64,000 nucleotides of DNA from Vicugna vicugna. Lineage: Eukaryota. Below the pieces are notes generated by a model. It did not search any database and was not told the origin of the DNA. It saw only the letters and a list, made by a program, of their open reading frames with translations. Shown in pieces: positions 50,250 through 64,000 of the stretch (position 1 is its first letter; each line of letters starts with the position of its first letter). Position numbers and translations under genes: made by a program. The stretch lies in contig MU058540.1 in assembly GCA_013265495.1 (NCBI GenBank), forward strand, positions 705,696 through 769,695, given 5' to 3'.

Positions 50250-50748
50250 ATTCTATTCCTTCTGACATTACAGAGGCTGCAAAGCTAAAGACTATGTTTC
50301 CCAGCTTCCTGTGCACCTAGGGTTTTAGTTCATGAGTTAGGTTCTGCTAAATAGATGCACCTGTGTGAGACTTGGAAGGCAGATGTGCAATGCAGCCAGC
50401 TTCCTGGTCCTTTGGCTATTTGCTGCTGGCATGTGGGTTTTCCTTCAGCAGTGTTTCCATGTCCAGTCACCAGCTTTGTGGGAGCTCAGATGCAGGTATG
50501 GTGGTGATGGCAGCTTCTAGATCCTGGGATGGCAGCTGCAGCCCTATGTCCCAGTGGTGACTCCGGATTCCCCACCTTCCTAATGGGCTAGTTCAGTAGT
50601 GTTGTCTTGTCATCTTGGGACGCTCAGCTGAGAGCCAACTCCTACAGCACTTCCATGGTTTTGTAAGCACCGAATTCCCTATATTAACTCCCTCTCTTCT
50701 TAAAATCCCAACACTGCTTCTGTTTCCTGTTCCTGATTGAAACAGACA
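50250..50748. mobile_element. ERVL LTR remnant (LTR33-like)
   Basis: ggctgcaaagctaaagacta...ttcccag...ggttttgtaagcacc...attccctatattaa. Confidence 0.55.
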
Positions 50749-50873
50749 CAAATGCACTTCGTGCTAACAGTTGGGACATTTAACATGAAGCTTTCAGGTC
50801 ACGAGAGGTCCCGGAATCACGGTAGCCATGAAAGGCCAAGAAAAAGTGAAATTACCAGTACAGAGAGTGCTCA

Positions 50874-50874
<1 letters not shown>

Positions 50875-50916
<42 letters not shown>
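50875..50916. repeat. Perfect (AC)21 microsatellite
   Basis: Read directly. A shorter imperfect (CA)n lies at about 50055-50083. Confidence 0.95.
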
Positions 50917-50919
<3 letters not shown>

Positions 50920-53900
50920 AGGAGGAGGCATGGGGGCGCTTTCTCCCTTCCTGTTGCTTCGGTGTTTGGGGTCCCTGGCCACATGTGGCCTCGTGTGGCA
51001 AGATGACATGTTGAGATATTCATTTGTATTCTGTGGTAACCTCCATTCCTGACCTTGGCTGTTTCCCGTTCAGTAGCTAGCGGACAGCTGCTGTCTCAGG
51101 GAAGGGATGACTCAGCATAAAGAGAGAAACAAGCAGTCCTGGCCGGACTTTTGAGTTCTGAAATCACAGCCCTCAAAGGGAAATGGAAATGATTCATGTG
51201 GTTGAACAGTGCAGGAGACTGGGGGAGGTGGGTAACATAGAACACACTTCCCACCTGTCTTCCCTCCCCCTACACAGAGTTTTCTGGTCTAAGACACTGG
51301 GAAAGGCAGAGAAATCAAGCAGGACATAGATAGCTTGGGTCCCCAAGAAAGATGAGTCCTAAGGTCAAATCTTGGCCTTTTGGCTTCGCTCACTCTGCTA
51401 CCTGATTGGGTTGCTCAGAGTCCCCATTCCAAATTCCTCCAATCTGATTGGCTTAGCTCATCTTTTTCAGCCAGCCCCCAAGTCAAGGTCAGTGACCAGC
51501 CTATGAGGAGACAGCCTTTGGCTCTGGTGACCACCTCTGGTCTAAGCAGCCATGGCCAGGAGCTGAGTCACATGGATGGAGGCATGGGTACCACAGGGGC
51601 TGCAGGTGGGGGGACAGCAGACACACTGAGTCCCGGAACCTACTCCTTCCTTCGCGGATAGCGAATCTCTTAAGGCCGGCCCTGTGCGTTATGCGGCTTT
51701 TGTGGTTCTTTCACCTCATTGGTCCATGATGGAGCCACTGCCTTGTCACCTCCAGGATCTAGGAGTTTTGCCAGATGGAATGTTTATTTGCTTTTGAATT
51801 TTTCCACTTTGCAGGAAACTACTGCTTTGTTTAAGAAGTTCAGGTAGTCCAGAAGCAAATTTCAAGCCCCAGTTTCTGCTAATGCTGAGCAAGTTTGGGG
51901 CTGTCCCCCAAGTGCCCAGTGTCTCAGTTTCCCAACGTATAAATGTATACACCTCTGGAGAGCCTTATGTGACATTCATCAGCATAAAAATGCTATGAAA
52001 AAGCCAAAGCAGACCCTGAAAATGTAAACCCCACAGGGAATGGTGATCTCAGTCCTCCTCTTCCCTGTCTCTCCCTCAACTAGACCCCCAGCCCAGGCTT
52101 CCCCCACCGTCCCCTCAGATCAGAGGTAGAGAGAGGAGGCTCCCCCTGTACCCCAGGCAGGCACAGTGAGGGGCTGGGCCCAGCCAGGCTGGGGCAGCGA
52201 GGCGTTGACGGAGCTTTTCCCCCATGATGGATGGCCCGCCGGCTGGAGCTGCAGTTCCAATTTGCTCCCCATTTGGACAGACGCTTTACCCACAATTCAA
52301 CTTGTCAGGGCCACAAATCACTCTGTGCAATCAGGCCAAGGAGGTGGCAGGGGAGACAGGAAGCAGGGAGCACAGTGGCTCCTGGAGGACCCCAGGTTAG
52401 GGAGAGGGGCCACAGGGATGGGATGCTGATGGTGGGAGGTTTGGCTCCATCCCAGGCCCTCTTTTCTCTCCAAGCCTGCCTCCTGCAAGCTCCAGTCACC
52501 CCACAGCTCCAGGCAACCTGCTCTATATTCAGTTCTAACTTCGCACCCGCTTCCCCCAGTTCCCTGCCGAGGTGTACCTTCATCCCCCTGAAACAAGCAC
52601 AGTGAATCCTGTGCTTATTGTCCTATTGCCCCAAACTGTCCTCTGCCCAACTCAACCATACCGGCTCCATTATGCTTGGAAATCTCTAGAGCCTTCTACC
52701 TCCTCCACAGGATGGACCCACTCCACCTCTAGGCCATCATGAGAGTTGGGGCTATTCGTTCATTCACTCATTCATTCATTTTGAAAACACTGACTGAGCA
52801 TTCACCATGTAACAATGGTGAGCAAAACTGAGCCCACAGTCCATGGATGGCAGACAGTAATTAAATAACTAGAGAAGTGTATAACCTCAAACTGAGACAA
52901 CAGCTGAGGAGGACATGGAGATGATGGGTCTGCCAGGTCTCAGACTCTCTCCATTTCTTTCCTTTAAAGCTATGCTTAGGCTTACCATCTCCAGGAAGCC
53001 TTCCCTGATTGCCCATCCATATACCCCATTAATGGGCACTTCATGATGGATCTCTGGATTCAAGACTTCTGGTGGTGTTTTGTCCTTCTCTTTACATCCC
53101 CAAGGGTGAAGACTCCTTAATATAGGGGTCTGCCTACCCAAGCAGGATCTGGATACCATCTGTGCCTTCTTGGGACTCTGTTTGGATGCTTCCTCCTCCA
53201 AGAAACCTTCCCTAGGGTGTGTCTTGGTTCTGGAGTCCCTCCTTTGGCCCCCACCACACCCTGGGCCCAGAGGGCATTGAAACTGCCCTCCTCACGTCTG
53301 GTGCCTCTGGGACATCCAGCTTTACTCTGTGAATCCAAAGATCTCTCCTCCAGTTCTGCTCCTGCCCCCTGGCCTCCCCCAACCTCTGCCCTCTGCTAAT
53401 GATGATGTAGAGGCAGAGAGAGCAGGCTTTGATCTACAGCAGCTGCCTCCCTCCATGATGGATTTCCCAGCCACACATATCACTTTGCCTGGACTGGTCA
53501 CAGTGTTCCTGGATTCATCTTGCTGAAGGAGCTACTGCTGCTGTGCTTGGAATAAACTGGGAAGGTAACTCTCCACATGTCCCCACCCAGACAAGTCCTG
53601 GGAGGCAGAGTGAGGGAGTCAGGCCCCAGTGATAGCAGGGCTGGGTAATGGACAACCCTTTGTGGTGTCTCAGTGCTGATCCATCAGTTTACCTCTCTGC
53701 TGAATGGGTAGAGGCACACAGTACTTTCCCTCCTCAGAAAGACCAGAACTTGCAGGGGTGAAGCAGAGAGGGAGGTGTGAGTGCTGGCAAGCTTCCCCCA
53801 ATCTTGGGAGGCAGAGGGAGCCATCACCTATTCCAGTGAGGCCGGGACATCCCCATGATGAAATCCTATAGACAGAGCCGGCCCACTTTCAGTTACTCCA

Positions 53901-56334
53901 ATGTGTGAGCATCCGCTTTCAGAAAAAAACCAAATGAGGAACAACCGTTCTCTGTGAAGAACTCACTCTAGGATCCTCAGCGATGTGTTTTCCTGTTGAA
54001 TTTCAATGAGGATTTTTCTGCCTGGCATTGATTTATGCTCCCAACCTTTCAGGCACTCATGGTTTGTATAAAGGGAGGACCGCGCACATCAGAGGCGTGT
54101 GCGTGCAGCTGATCTCAGGGGAGATCCACCCGCCCACTGGAAATGTGGGGCTGGCAGCAGTGGGGAGGCGGCTGAGCTGTGTCCCTCCCTCTGCCTCTGC
54201 ACCCCCACTCCCCTGTGTACTCACATGTCTGCCTCCCAAGGTGGGCTGTTCTGATAGAGATCTGGGGGTTTGGACCTTGGCAACAAGCCAGTGCTTCTAG
54301 GAGGGGCAGAGCAAAGCTGCTTCCACCCTCCAGGCCCCTCACCACTTTCCTTTTGCTCCTTTCAAGGCCCTCCCGTTTTGATCATCCAGGTTTTCATCTT
54401 CCCTCCCTCCTCTCAGCTTCCCACAGCCTTGTCCCAATCCTCCCTACACTGGACAGCCTGCATTCACCTCTCAGCCCAGCTCTTCACCTTCTCCACATGC
54501 CCAGTACTGTTTGTGCCAGTGGGCATCCTGCCCAGGGGGACGGTAGGATGGGCCATTTATGGCTGACAGCACCAGGCCAGGCCAGCCCCTGCTGGGCAAA
54601 TCCTCCATGCCGAGCCTCTCTGGGCTGGCTCTCTCCTTTATCCTTTCAGGTCTAGGGCCAGTCATGGCCCCCAGGCTGCCAGCCCCCAGGTCCGTATCAC
54701 CCTTGTTGGTTTCTAGTGTCCCATGTGCACGTATGGTAGACTGTCCCCATTTGAGGGTGGTTTTCTTCCTCGCAGGTCCTATCCCCTTTCTTTGGTCCCG
54801 TCCCTGTCCTCATCTTTTCTCTTTTGCCTCTCCTGGGGCTCACTGCTGCTGAGAAGGGGCTAGCTCCTGGGGTGGTGGTGGCCCAGTGGGGCCTGGGGTC
54901 CCCAGGCGTGGTGAGGCCCATCAGTCACTTGGAAGATTCTGAAATTCAGTTATAACCCAAGCCCAGGGGAGTTGCTTCAGGTTAGTCAAACTCTCAGGAA
55001 GCAGATTTAGAAAACAGATTCCTTCCCTCAAGGCGTCTAATGCGGGGTCACATGCTCAGTGGGATGGAAATGTCCAGTTATCTGCCCACAACCTGCCACC
55101 TTGGGGCAGGGAGGAGAAATTTGATTCCTTGCAGCATTTTCCAGAAAACATTGATCTCATGAAATGGTCCTTACCAAAGGGGATTCCATGGTCAAATCAG
55201 TTAGAGAAACTCTGTATTCTGTAGATTTCCAATATGTTCCCTTTCAGCAAAGGCTCTGAAGTGGCCTGCAGTACAGTATCCTGCTCATTCTGTGTTTGGC
55301 CCAGGGTCCCCAAAGCTAGATCAGGGAACCAAAATACTTTTTTGCCCCTAATGACTCATTTCCTGCACCCAGGCTTCTGCAGAACACACTTTGGGAAACC
55401 TTGACCTCAAGCCCAGTGTGCATGGCTCTGTGCTGTGGAGAAATAGAGCAGGTTTTGAGCTGTGCAGATGAGGCCGGGGTCCTGGCTCTGGTTCTTAGTG
55501 GCAGGCAGGTTTGGGAAAAGCATTTACCATCTTCTAAATCTCAGTTTCTTCATCTCTAATAAGGGAAGAATCCATTGCTCTGAGGATTCAAGGTAATAAT
55601 CATATTTTAGTAGAGACTTTATTGGTTGAAAGAACATGATTTGTGTTAAACAAAAAGGAGAATTTATTGGAAAGATGCTGAGTGTCTTCGGGCACCCCGA
55701 GGGCAGGTATGCAGCATGAGGGCCAAGTATCAGCAGGTGAGTGGTGACCTTGGCAGTGTCCATACTCTGCCCTTTATCTCAGTTTCTCTCTGCACATCTG
55801 CTTCCTCTGGAGACCATGTTTGTGGCTTCCAGGGGTGTGGGGCTGGATGTGCCCACTAGTAGTCCCCATGGCAGCCTCAGCTCCTGAGTTCTCATCATCT
55901 CTTCCTTGCTGTGGTCTAGACTGAGGGCAGGGCCCCTCAGGCAAATTCCAACACCTCCCCCACCTCACTGAGAGAGAGCCTGATTGGCTCAGCCTGATTC
56001 TGTTCCATCATCTGTGGCCAGGATGTGGGGGTCACCCTGGTGCCACACACCATGGCTTTTCTGCCTCAGGAGTGGTTCTTAGCACACATGGTACCGGGAC
56101 ACAGGCTGAGTAGATGCCCACAAGGATGTCCTACAACATGAAAAGTGCCTGAAAGTGGGATCAGTACTCAGTAAGTGAAGCTGGTATGATCAAGCAAATT
56201 CTGTGTCTCCAGCTGAGAAGGAAGTGGAGTATAGCAATAACAAGAACTGTCATCCATCGGGAAGAGCTCCACTCATACCCCTCAAACTTCCCTGCGCATA
56301 AAATCACCTGGACATAGGACACAAGAAATATTAC

Positions 56335-57352
56335 CGGAAAAAAAAAAAAGCCAAAGGATAATTCAGACTACATTCAAATGAAAAACTCTGTTCATCAAAA
56401 AATATCATTAAGAGTAAAAAGATAAGACACCAAGATAAAGAAGATATTTACAATATGAATATCCAACAAAAGACTGGAATCCTGACCATATACAGAACTA
56501 TAAATCGATAAGGAAAAGACAGGCAATCTGATTAAAAAACTGGCAAAAGATCTGAACAGATACTTCCCCAAAGAGGATGGCCAAATGGTCAATAAACATA
56601 AGAAAATCTGCTCAACATCATTAGTCTTGAGGGAAATGCAAGCTGAAGCATAAAACGATCCCACTACACACCCACCAGAATGGCTCAAATGAAAAGAGAC
56701 ATGTACCAACTGTTGGGGAGGATGTGGATCAACCAGAACTCTCAGACACGGCTGGTAGAAGTCTAAATTTGTACAGCTACTTTAGAAAATCACTCATGGT
56801 ATCTGTTGAACCTGTACACAAGCAAACCCGTGATGAAACATTCCACTTGTAGATACGTACCCTTCAGAAATACATACAGATGTCCACAGAGATACGTGTA
56901 ATAGAATTTTCATAGCAATCCTTTTTTGCTATCTTAAAGCTGGATACAACACGATGCTCACCAGCAGCAGAATGCTGACAAATTATGGTACAATCATAGG
57001 CTGGAACGCTACTTAGCAGTGAGAGCTAATAAACCACCACTGCCCAGAACGACATGAACGAATCTCGCAATGTCAAGCAGGAACAGCCAGACCCTGGTGC
57101 CTGGAGAATTCCATACACATGAAGTCCAAAAGCAGGCAAGACTTGTCTAAGCCATTAGAAGTCAGGGGAGTGGCACCCTCTGGAGAGGTTGGTGGGAAAG
57201 GGGCAGGAGGGGGCTATTAATGTTCTATTTCCTGATCTGGTGTAGATTAAACAGATGTGCAAGTCGTGAGAATGCATTGAGTAGTTCATTTATGGCTTGT
57301 ATGCTTTCCTGTATTTATGTATCCATTAAATAACATTTATTTAAAAAAAAAA
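56335..57352 (+). mobile_element. Old L1M-type LINE 3' fragment
   Basis: ctacattcaaatgaaaaactctgttcatcaaaa...tggcaaaagatctgaacagatacttc...agaagtcagg, ending in an A-rich tail. Confidence 0.75.
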
Positions 57353-60300
57353 CCCTGGGGGGCTTATGTTAAAGTGTAGATTCCTATGACCTGTTTCCAG
57401 AGATTTTGATTCGTCGAGTCTCAGGAGGGACCTGGGAGTCTGCATTTCAACTAGCTCTCTGGATGATCCTGGGGCAGACTGTAAGCCTGGCCCTGGCCAG
57501 TGCTGGGAGGGTTGGAGTGGAGCTTGGCCATTCTTGGTGGCCAGCTCCATTGACCCAAGGTCTAGGGGGAATGTTTCAGGGTGTGAGCAGGAGATGGTGA
57601 GGTGGAAGGGGCAGGAAGAGTCTGTGCACCCGAGGGAGCCGTGCTCTCTGGAGTGCTCTCAGAAAAGACTCAGACATGATTTATCATTGCCAGCCTTTCT
57701 CAGGTTGAGGCTTGGGTACCAGGAGGGCTCTATTAAATGTACTGATTAAGTGACTCTCTGGGCCTTAAGTTATTCACCCATAAAACAAAGGGTGCGACCT
57801 TGTGACCCCAACCTCTCCGTTCACCTGGCCACCTCCAAGCAGCTCTCTTCTAGTCTTAATCTGAGACGCCTCCCCAAATACTTCTTGGAGGCTGCTGCTG
57901 CTGACAGCACTGGCTGTGGATGGTCTAACCAGGGTCACTTTCATATCAATTTCTTCCCTAGCCCTGCCCCTTCACTGACCAGAAGCTCCTGGAGGGCAGG
58001 GCTGGGCTCACTCATCCTTGTTCCCAAGCACCCCACACCGTGTCAGGCACAGTAAAAGTTGAAATGAAACCTCCTGGGGCCTCCCTGCCCTGACATGCCA
58101 GGGTTCTGGTTCCTTCCTTTCTGGGAATAGTACGAGAACACACAGGTCCCCAGGGGTAAGAGGGCCCACCATGCCGTCCCACCTCCAGCTCATCTATGAT
58201 ATGACTTGACTCTTAGTGGATAAGGGGATCCAAGGAGGCATCCGCTCAACCCTCCCTCCTGCCTGGAGCTCTGGCAGGCAGGCAGGAAGGCGGGCGGGCA
58301 CATGAGAGGGTGGGTGGTTCTGGCTGTCTCTGCTGAGTTCACTTAGCGGCTGAGTTATTAACTCCTGGCTTGGGCAGGGCAGCGAGGGCCCTGGACACCC
58401 CTTGGAGCCGACAGGGGCAGGCCTGCGCTAATTGAAGGCTTAATTAATTTTCCCATTGGAGGCAGCAGCCGGTGCCTTCTCTCTGCCATCTGGCCATTTG
58501 TCTTCTCCTGGTGGGATCACCCTCTGCCTGCCTGGGGAGTGCTGAATGCTCCTCCGTCTGGGCCCCGAGCACTGCGGGCTCCTAGCCTGGCTCTCCACTC
58601 TAGAGGCCCCTCTGCCACTTCCTGGGACCAAGGGTCACTCCTCGTCCTTCAGCCTTCAGGGTTAACCCAAGCTTTGGGTGTTTCCACACAGGCACTGGGG
58701 CCCTGCCAGCCACATCTGAGTGGTCCACCAGAATGTTCCAGAGGTGGGCAGGCTGAACACTTTCTTCTGGCCTTCCAGGTCATCTCTGAGGACACAGGGT
58801 ATCAATCTTCACACCCACTACTGTTTGTGTGAATGAGCCAGAAGTGAGTGGGTGGCCCAAGGGGTTTGCTGGCTACAGCAGCAGGCAGAGGAGAGAAGCG
58901 CTGCCCAGAGGTGATTCCCCAAAGCAGACAGAGGGGGGAACTAAGGCTAGGAAGCTCCCACAACAAGCCAGGCTCTGAACCGGAACCGCATCCAGTCCTA
59001 ACACTCAGCATTTTGGGGTGCCTGTAAGGTCCGACTGTACAGGTGGGCAGGCGGTTAGCTCATTTGATCAATGTCTTATTGTTGGCACGTGGGGTCTCCA
59101 AGGCTGGATGCTCCAGAGCCACTGGGGACTCCTGGCTAAAGGTACCTGTGAGTTTGTGCTGGCCATTCTGGGCCCAGGAAACGTTTCCAGGACTTCTCCA
59201 GATATGAGGACCTGAAACTGGTGTACCATCTGTGATCTTGTGCAGTTTCCTGCTTTACTTCTTCCTCGTACCAACTCAGCTGCCCAGCCCCTACAGAGTG
59301 AGAAGGAGGCAGTGTCAGGCAGAGGGAGAGCACTAGATGGGCTGTCAGGGGGCCTGGGCTCTTGCCTTACTTTGCCACTGGCCTGATGGGTGACTGGGCT
59401 TTATTTTGGGCCTCAGTCTCCTCATCAGTAAAATGGACATTAACAATCACTGGGCTGTCGACTTACAGACAATGAAGGGCTCCCATGAGACTGGGTATCA
59501 CTAGGGATGTTCTCATGGAGGGTCATCAATATCACTGGCCTAAGGTGCCCATCATCCCCTGGCACCTTCCAGGCCTCTTGCTACCCACCCACACCAGGAA
59601 ATGCCAGAGCCTAAGGGACCTGGCTCTGGGCTCAACTCTGCTGTTCACTTGGTGTGACCTTAGACAAGTCACCCAACTTCTCTGAAACTTGTGCCATCCT
59701 CACCAGGGTAGGGGTGAAGATAGACCAGGCTCTGTCCTAGGCAGGGCTTTGCCATGAGGCATGAGGGCGACATTCACACACGTGGGGTGAAAGCTAGGAC
59801 TGGTGAGGGTTGTAGATGACTGGGGTTAGGGACTTTAGGGACTGAAATCTGATCTCAGATTGGAGTAGAACCAGGATTCCTGTCCATTCCTGGTTAGGAA
59901 CAAAATCTCAGACCAGGGTTGGGATTTGTGTTCTGAATGCTGCTTGGGTCAGGGCTGGGGCTGGGGTTGGGGTTGGGGTCTGCATCGGGACTGTATCAAA
60001 GGCCCAGGTGGAACTGTGGCAGCACGGAGAGGGACAGAAGCGGGAATGGGGAGTGTGAACTTGGCCCTGACCCACTGGGGGCTCTGACCTGGTCACTCTG
60101 CCTCTTTCAGGCTCAGCCTCCTTGTCTGTGAGTGGTGGGGGTCGGGGAGTCGTCACTCTGTCCTGTGTCCTTGCAGCTCTCATAGAATAGCACTGGCCAC
60201 CATGCTGTGAGCTGTTCCTCCATCAGGCTCGCTGCTCGTGTTCTCTGCATACTGTCTTCTTCAATTATGACAAGCAAAGGAGAAAACAGAGGCAAAATTA

Positions 60301-62625
60301 CCTCTGTAAGCTATAAGCGACCATGAGCCCGAAAATATGTGAGGCTTATATTTGTGTCGGGCATTGAGTTTCTCCTGCTTCCTCCATGAGATCAGCCCCC
60401 TTCGGCTGTACCCCCAAATGACACAGGTTTGTCCTCTGGAGCTTCAGGCTGCAGACTCTGCTTCTCCTCCCCTCCCAAGTCCTGGGACTGGGGAGAGGGA
60501 ACCAGAGCTGCATCAGAGTCTTGCAAGGAGCAGCAGGGAGGATCCCTCCTCAACCACCGCCACCAACTCCCTGCTCCCCTGGCCCCTCCAAAGGCCTCTA
60601 GAGACCCTTCCTGCTGCAGTGGGAGCTGTTAAATGGGACCATTGTGGCATCCAACTCAGAGGGTCTGGCTCTGACCCCTAGCGCTTGACGGGGGGACTCC
60701 CACCATTCTGGCCCTTCCACTGGAGCAGCTTCCAGCCACAGGACCATGGACCCCCAAGCTGGGCTGGGCACCCATTCCTCCCTCCCCAGCACATGGCAGC
60801 TAATGACAAGTACACACCTTACTCGGAGGCCCGCTGAGCTGTGTCAGAGCCTGTCAGCCTCTTAAAGCCACTCTTGGGGGCAGGTGACCCTGGGCCTCCA
60901 CTGACAGAGCCATGGCCTTTTGTTCTGGCTTTGAGTCCAAGGTCTGGGGTGCATCACGCCTACCCCTATCCCCCAATCCGCCTTTCTGCACAAAGCTTTA
61001 GACCTGCCCCCCTCCTGGCAGGGATGGATGACCATGCACAGGCTAATGTGGGAATAAGCTTCCTGAATTGCTTCCATCTGCTTGCAGTGCTTTGATATTG
61101 TCACTCAGAGTGGCAGCTCTAAGAGTATGCTCTCCAGGCCTGAAACACTCCCTATTCCCACCAAGTGGCCTCGCGGTGTCCCTGGAACGTGCTGCAGGCT
61201 TCCGTTGCCAAATCTTTGACTTGTGCTCCCTCTGCTTGAAATAGTGCTGCTCCGTGAATCCATTCCTAACTCTACTCTGTGGGGCCTCAGAGGCAGAAGC
61301 AGGCTTCCCTAAACCCATGAAGCCCTCCTGGCCTGTGGCTAGGGGACAGGGAGGTGGCTGGGGGCGGGGCCAGAGCTGGGTCTGGTCTGAGTGAGGCCAG
61401 TCCAGATGCAGCAGTGGCTTCAGCAACAGCAGGACAGCAGGTCTGTAAAGCAGACACTGGCTCCATCAGCCAATGGGGTGTCCATTCACAAGGGGGTGTG
61501 CCGGGGAGGCAGACCTGAACATCATTTGCCCCTGTCACCTCAGTCTTCACATCTGTGATGGTCTTGGGTCCCTGAGCCCCTTCTGGCCCTGACCTTCTGA
61601 GTCACTGGGAGAAATGGAGGCACAGACTGGGAAGGATCTGATGGGGGAGGCGAGAGGGTGATTGGGATGAAGGTTCACAGCTCAGAGGAGAGGTTGGTAA
61701 GAGGCCAGCTGAGGCCTGCAGGGTGGGCGGGTGAGATTGGGAACACACTCTGCCCTCCTCACCACTGTTTAGGGTCTCTCCCCCTTTTTCCCAGAGGGTG
61801 AGGGGCTCCAAACCTGGGGAGCCTGGGCTGTACCCTGAGCAGACACTAGAGGATGCTGGTCTCTTTGTGAACTTGGTGGAAGTTACACTCTGGGAAGGGG
61901 TTGATGGGGGAGGGGCATGTTTTGGTTAGGATGAGCCTGGACTGACCAGCCAAGCTGGGGAGGAGAGGCAAGCTGCTGGGTCCCTGTGGTACTAGGGTCA
62001 GCCTTCTGTGGGGACAACACTGGAGTCTCTCGATAAAGTCCTCCCCTCTGTGTGACACTGTGATACCTTCTCCACATCCATGTCTGGCGTGGCCATCTCA
62101 GAGCTCCACCCCTGACCAATTAACCTTGGGCGAGTTAATCTCTCTAAGCCTCAGTGAGGCTACTACTATTAGGTGCCTTACAGGCTCTGGTGTCAGCAGT
62201 GAGGGCCTCCCCGTCCAGCCTTCACTCTCCAGGGAAAGAAGAGAGGGTAGCTCCGGGTGACCCCTCACCAAAACAAAGAAGCTTTGGGGTACAGACACCT
62301 CCCTGAGGGTCCCTTCCTGGATGGAGATGAGCCCAGGCCATGGCCCTGCCCCTCAGCCTTGGAGCCAATAATGGCTGGGTGCCTGGAGCCCCGAGGCCTG
62401 CTGCCAACAGCTCAGGTATGGTGTGTGGGGTGGGGGGGGCATGGAACCCCCCAGGGACTCCTTGCAGCCTCTGTGCTCAGCACTCTGCTGGCTCCTGTCT
62501 GGTCTTTGAGCATCTGGCTTGAGCCCCTCTCCATGTGGAATTCTCTCCCTCCAAGACAGAGCCTGATGGTCCAGTTGGCTAGCCCTTGCCTAGAAGGTAC
62601 TAGGCTATACTATTCAGCCATACAA

Positions 62626-63002
62626 GAATATACATATATTCATTTTCATATTCTTTTTCACCATATGCTACAAGATATTGAATATAGTTCCCTGTGCTAT
62701 ACAGTATAAACTTGTTTATCTATTTTATATGTATTAGTCAGTATCTGCAAATCTCGAACTCCAAGTTTATCCCTTTCTATCCCCTCCCTCCTGGTAACCA
62801 TAAGTTTGTTTTCTATGACTGTGAGTCTGTTTCTGTTTTGTAAATAAGTTCATCTGTCTTCTGTTTTTTTTTTAGATTCCACATATAAGTGATCTCATAT
62901 GATATTTGTCTTTCTCTTTCTGGCTTACTTCATTTAGAATGACATTCTCCAAGGCCATTCATGTTGCTGCAAATGGCATTATTTTATCATTTTTTGTGGC
63001 TG
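62626..63002 (-). mobile_element. L1 3' fragment, related to the copy at 15902-16866
   Basis: gatattgaatatagttccctgtgcta...tagattccacatataagtga...catgttgctgcaaatggcattatttt is the reverse complement of the same L1 3' region. Confidence 0.88.
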
Positions 63003-63550
63003 TAACTTCAGTTTATTCATCTGTAAAATGGGGTTCAAAGACCTACCTTCCTCCTAGTTCTTCTGGGATTTGGGGGGTTTGTCTCTGCAGCTTGGCTCTG
63101 GGTTTAGCACAGAGTTGGCTCACTATCAATTTCTCCTACATTCCTTCCCTCTGCTGCCCTTGAACCCTGACCCAGAATCCAAACATAGCCTCACCTGGTC
63201 CTCTTTTGCCACCGTGCCTCAACCCAAGCTGCTGTCTGGTCCCTGCTTCCTGTCATAGTTGTCGCTCTTGGGCTGCCACAAGACAGGACTGCCCTGCCCC
63301 CCCTGCATTGGGCCTAACTCTCCTCATTCCCCATGCCAGCCTCCCTGGGCTCATTTTGAAATCAGATGAGACAACAGGTGGAAAAGCTTTTTGTGGACTG
63401 TAGAGGGCTCTGGACATGTGAGGGGTTAAGGTAGTGTCTGCATTGGACACAGAGAGCCAAGGGGACTTGCCAGCAGTCCTGACAGAACCCTCTAGAAGCA
63501 GAATGTCCTTGGCCCACCACCTCCTTCAGAGCTGGCTAACACTCCTGCCT

Positions 63551-63597
63551 CTCCATCCTAAATGCCATTTCCCCTCCATCTAAATGCCATTTCCCCT
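63551..63597. repeat. Tandem duplication of a 22-23-bp unit (ctccatc(c)taaatgccatttccc) x2
   Basis: Read directly. Confidence 0.85.
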
Positions 63598-64000
63598 GTC
63601 TGGGCCTGAGCCACTGCCTACTGTCTGGGGCCGCTGGAAATTTCTCAGATGTCGCTTTGATTTATGGCCCTAGTTAATTCTCCAGGAGGCCCGTGAGATG
63701 CCCTGAGCTCTGGAGCCTCAATGGGATAAATCATTTAACAGGTGGTTAAATATTCTTTAAGGTCTGAGGAACACAGGCAGGGTGTAGATTGGGGAGGGGG
63801 GCTCAGGCTGGGGGAGACTTGGCAAATTCCTCACTGGAAAAAGGGAAAACTACGTGGTCATTTCAGAACCCATGGGAGCAATTTGTCATCAGCAGTGGCT
63901 AAAGGCAGCACCTGTGGGCCCCTTCCTACCCTTGGGCCTGGGAGGCTGGGGGCCTGGGCATTGGAGGGTGTGGGGAGGTGGCAGGATGCAGAGGTGGCCT

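Noticed and set aside
47000..64000. Orthologues of the next human loci (LINC01016, MIR1275, GRM4)
   Set aside because: I could not recognise any GRM4 coding exon or miRNA hairpin, and lncRNA orthology cannot be judged without an alignment.

Overview
Mammalian genomic DNA, probably from a camelid (a tRNA-Ala-derived SINE of the camelid vic-1 type is present and I see no Alu, Bov-tA or PRE-1), syntenic with the human 6p21.31 LEMD2-MLN region. On the minus strand it holds the first three coding exons of LEMD2 (CpG-island promoter near 7.3-7.5 kb; the rest of the gene lies left of the window) and the complete five-exon motilin gene MLN (about 12.86-22.85 kb). About 41 kb of repeat-rich sequence follows with no recognisable coding gene (L1, L2, CR1, MIR, MLT1/ERVL LTRs, hAT MITEs, one 82-N gap). 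The main finding is that MLN exon 3 is 116 nt instead of 117 nt. A 1-bp deletion just after the KK cleavage site leaves the 22-aa motilin intact ([22 protein letters not shown]) but creates a premature TGA that removes almost all of the motilin-associated peptide and predicts nonsense-mediated decay (NMD). This is either a real lineage-specific lesion or an assembly error. The second finding is a candidate LTR-derived promoter at about 45.9-46.3 kb with splice donors on both strands. Repeat family names and boundaries are from recall and are approximate.
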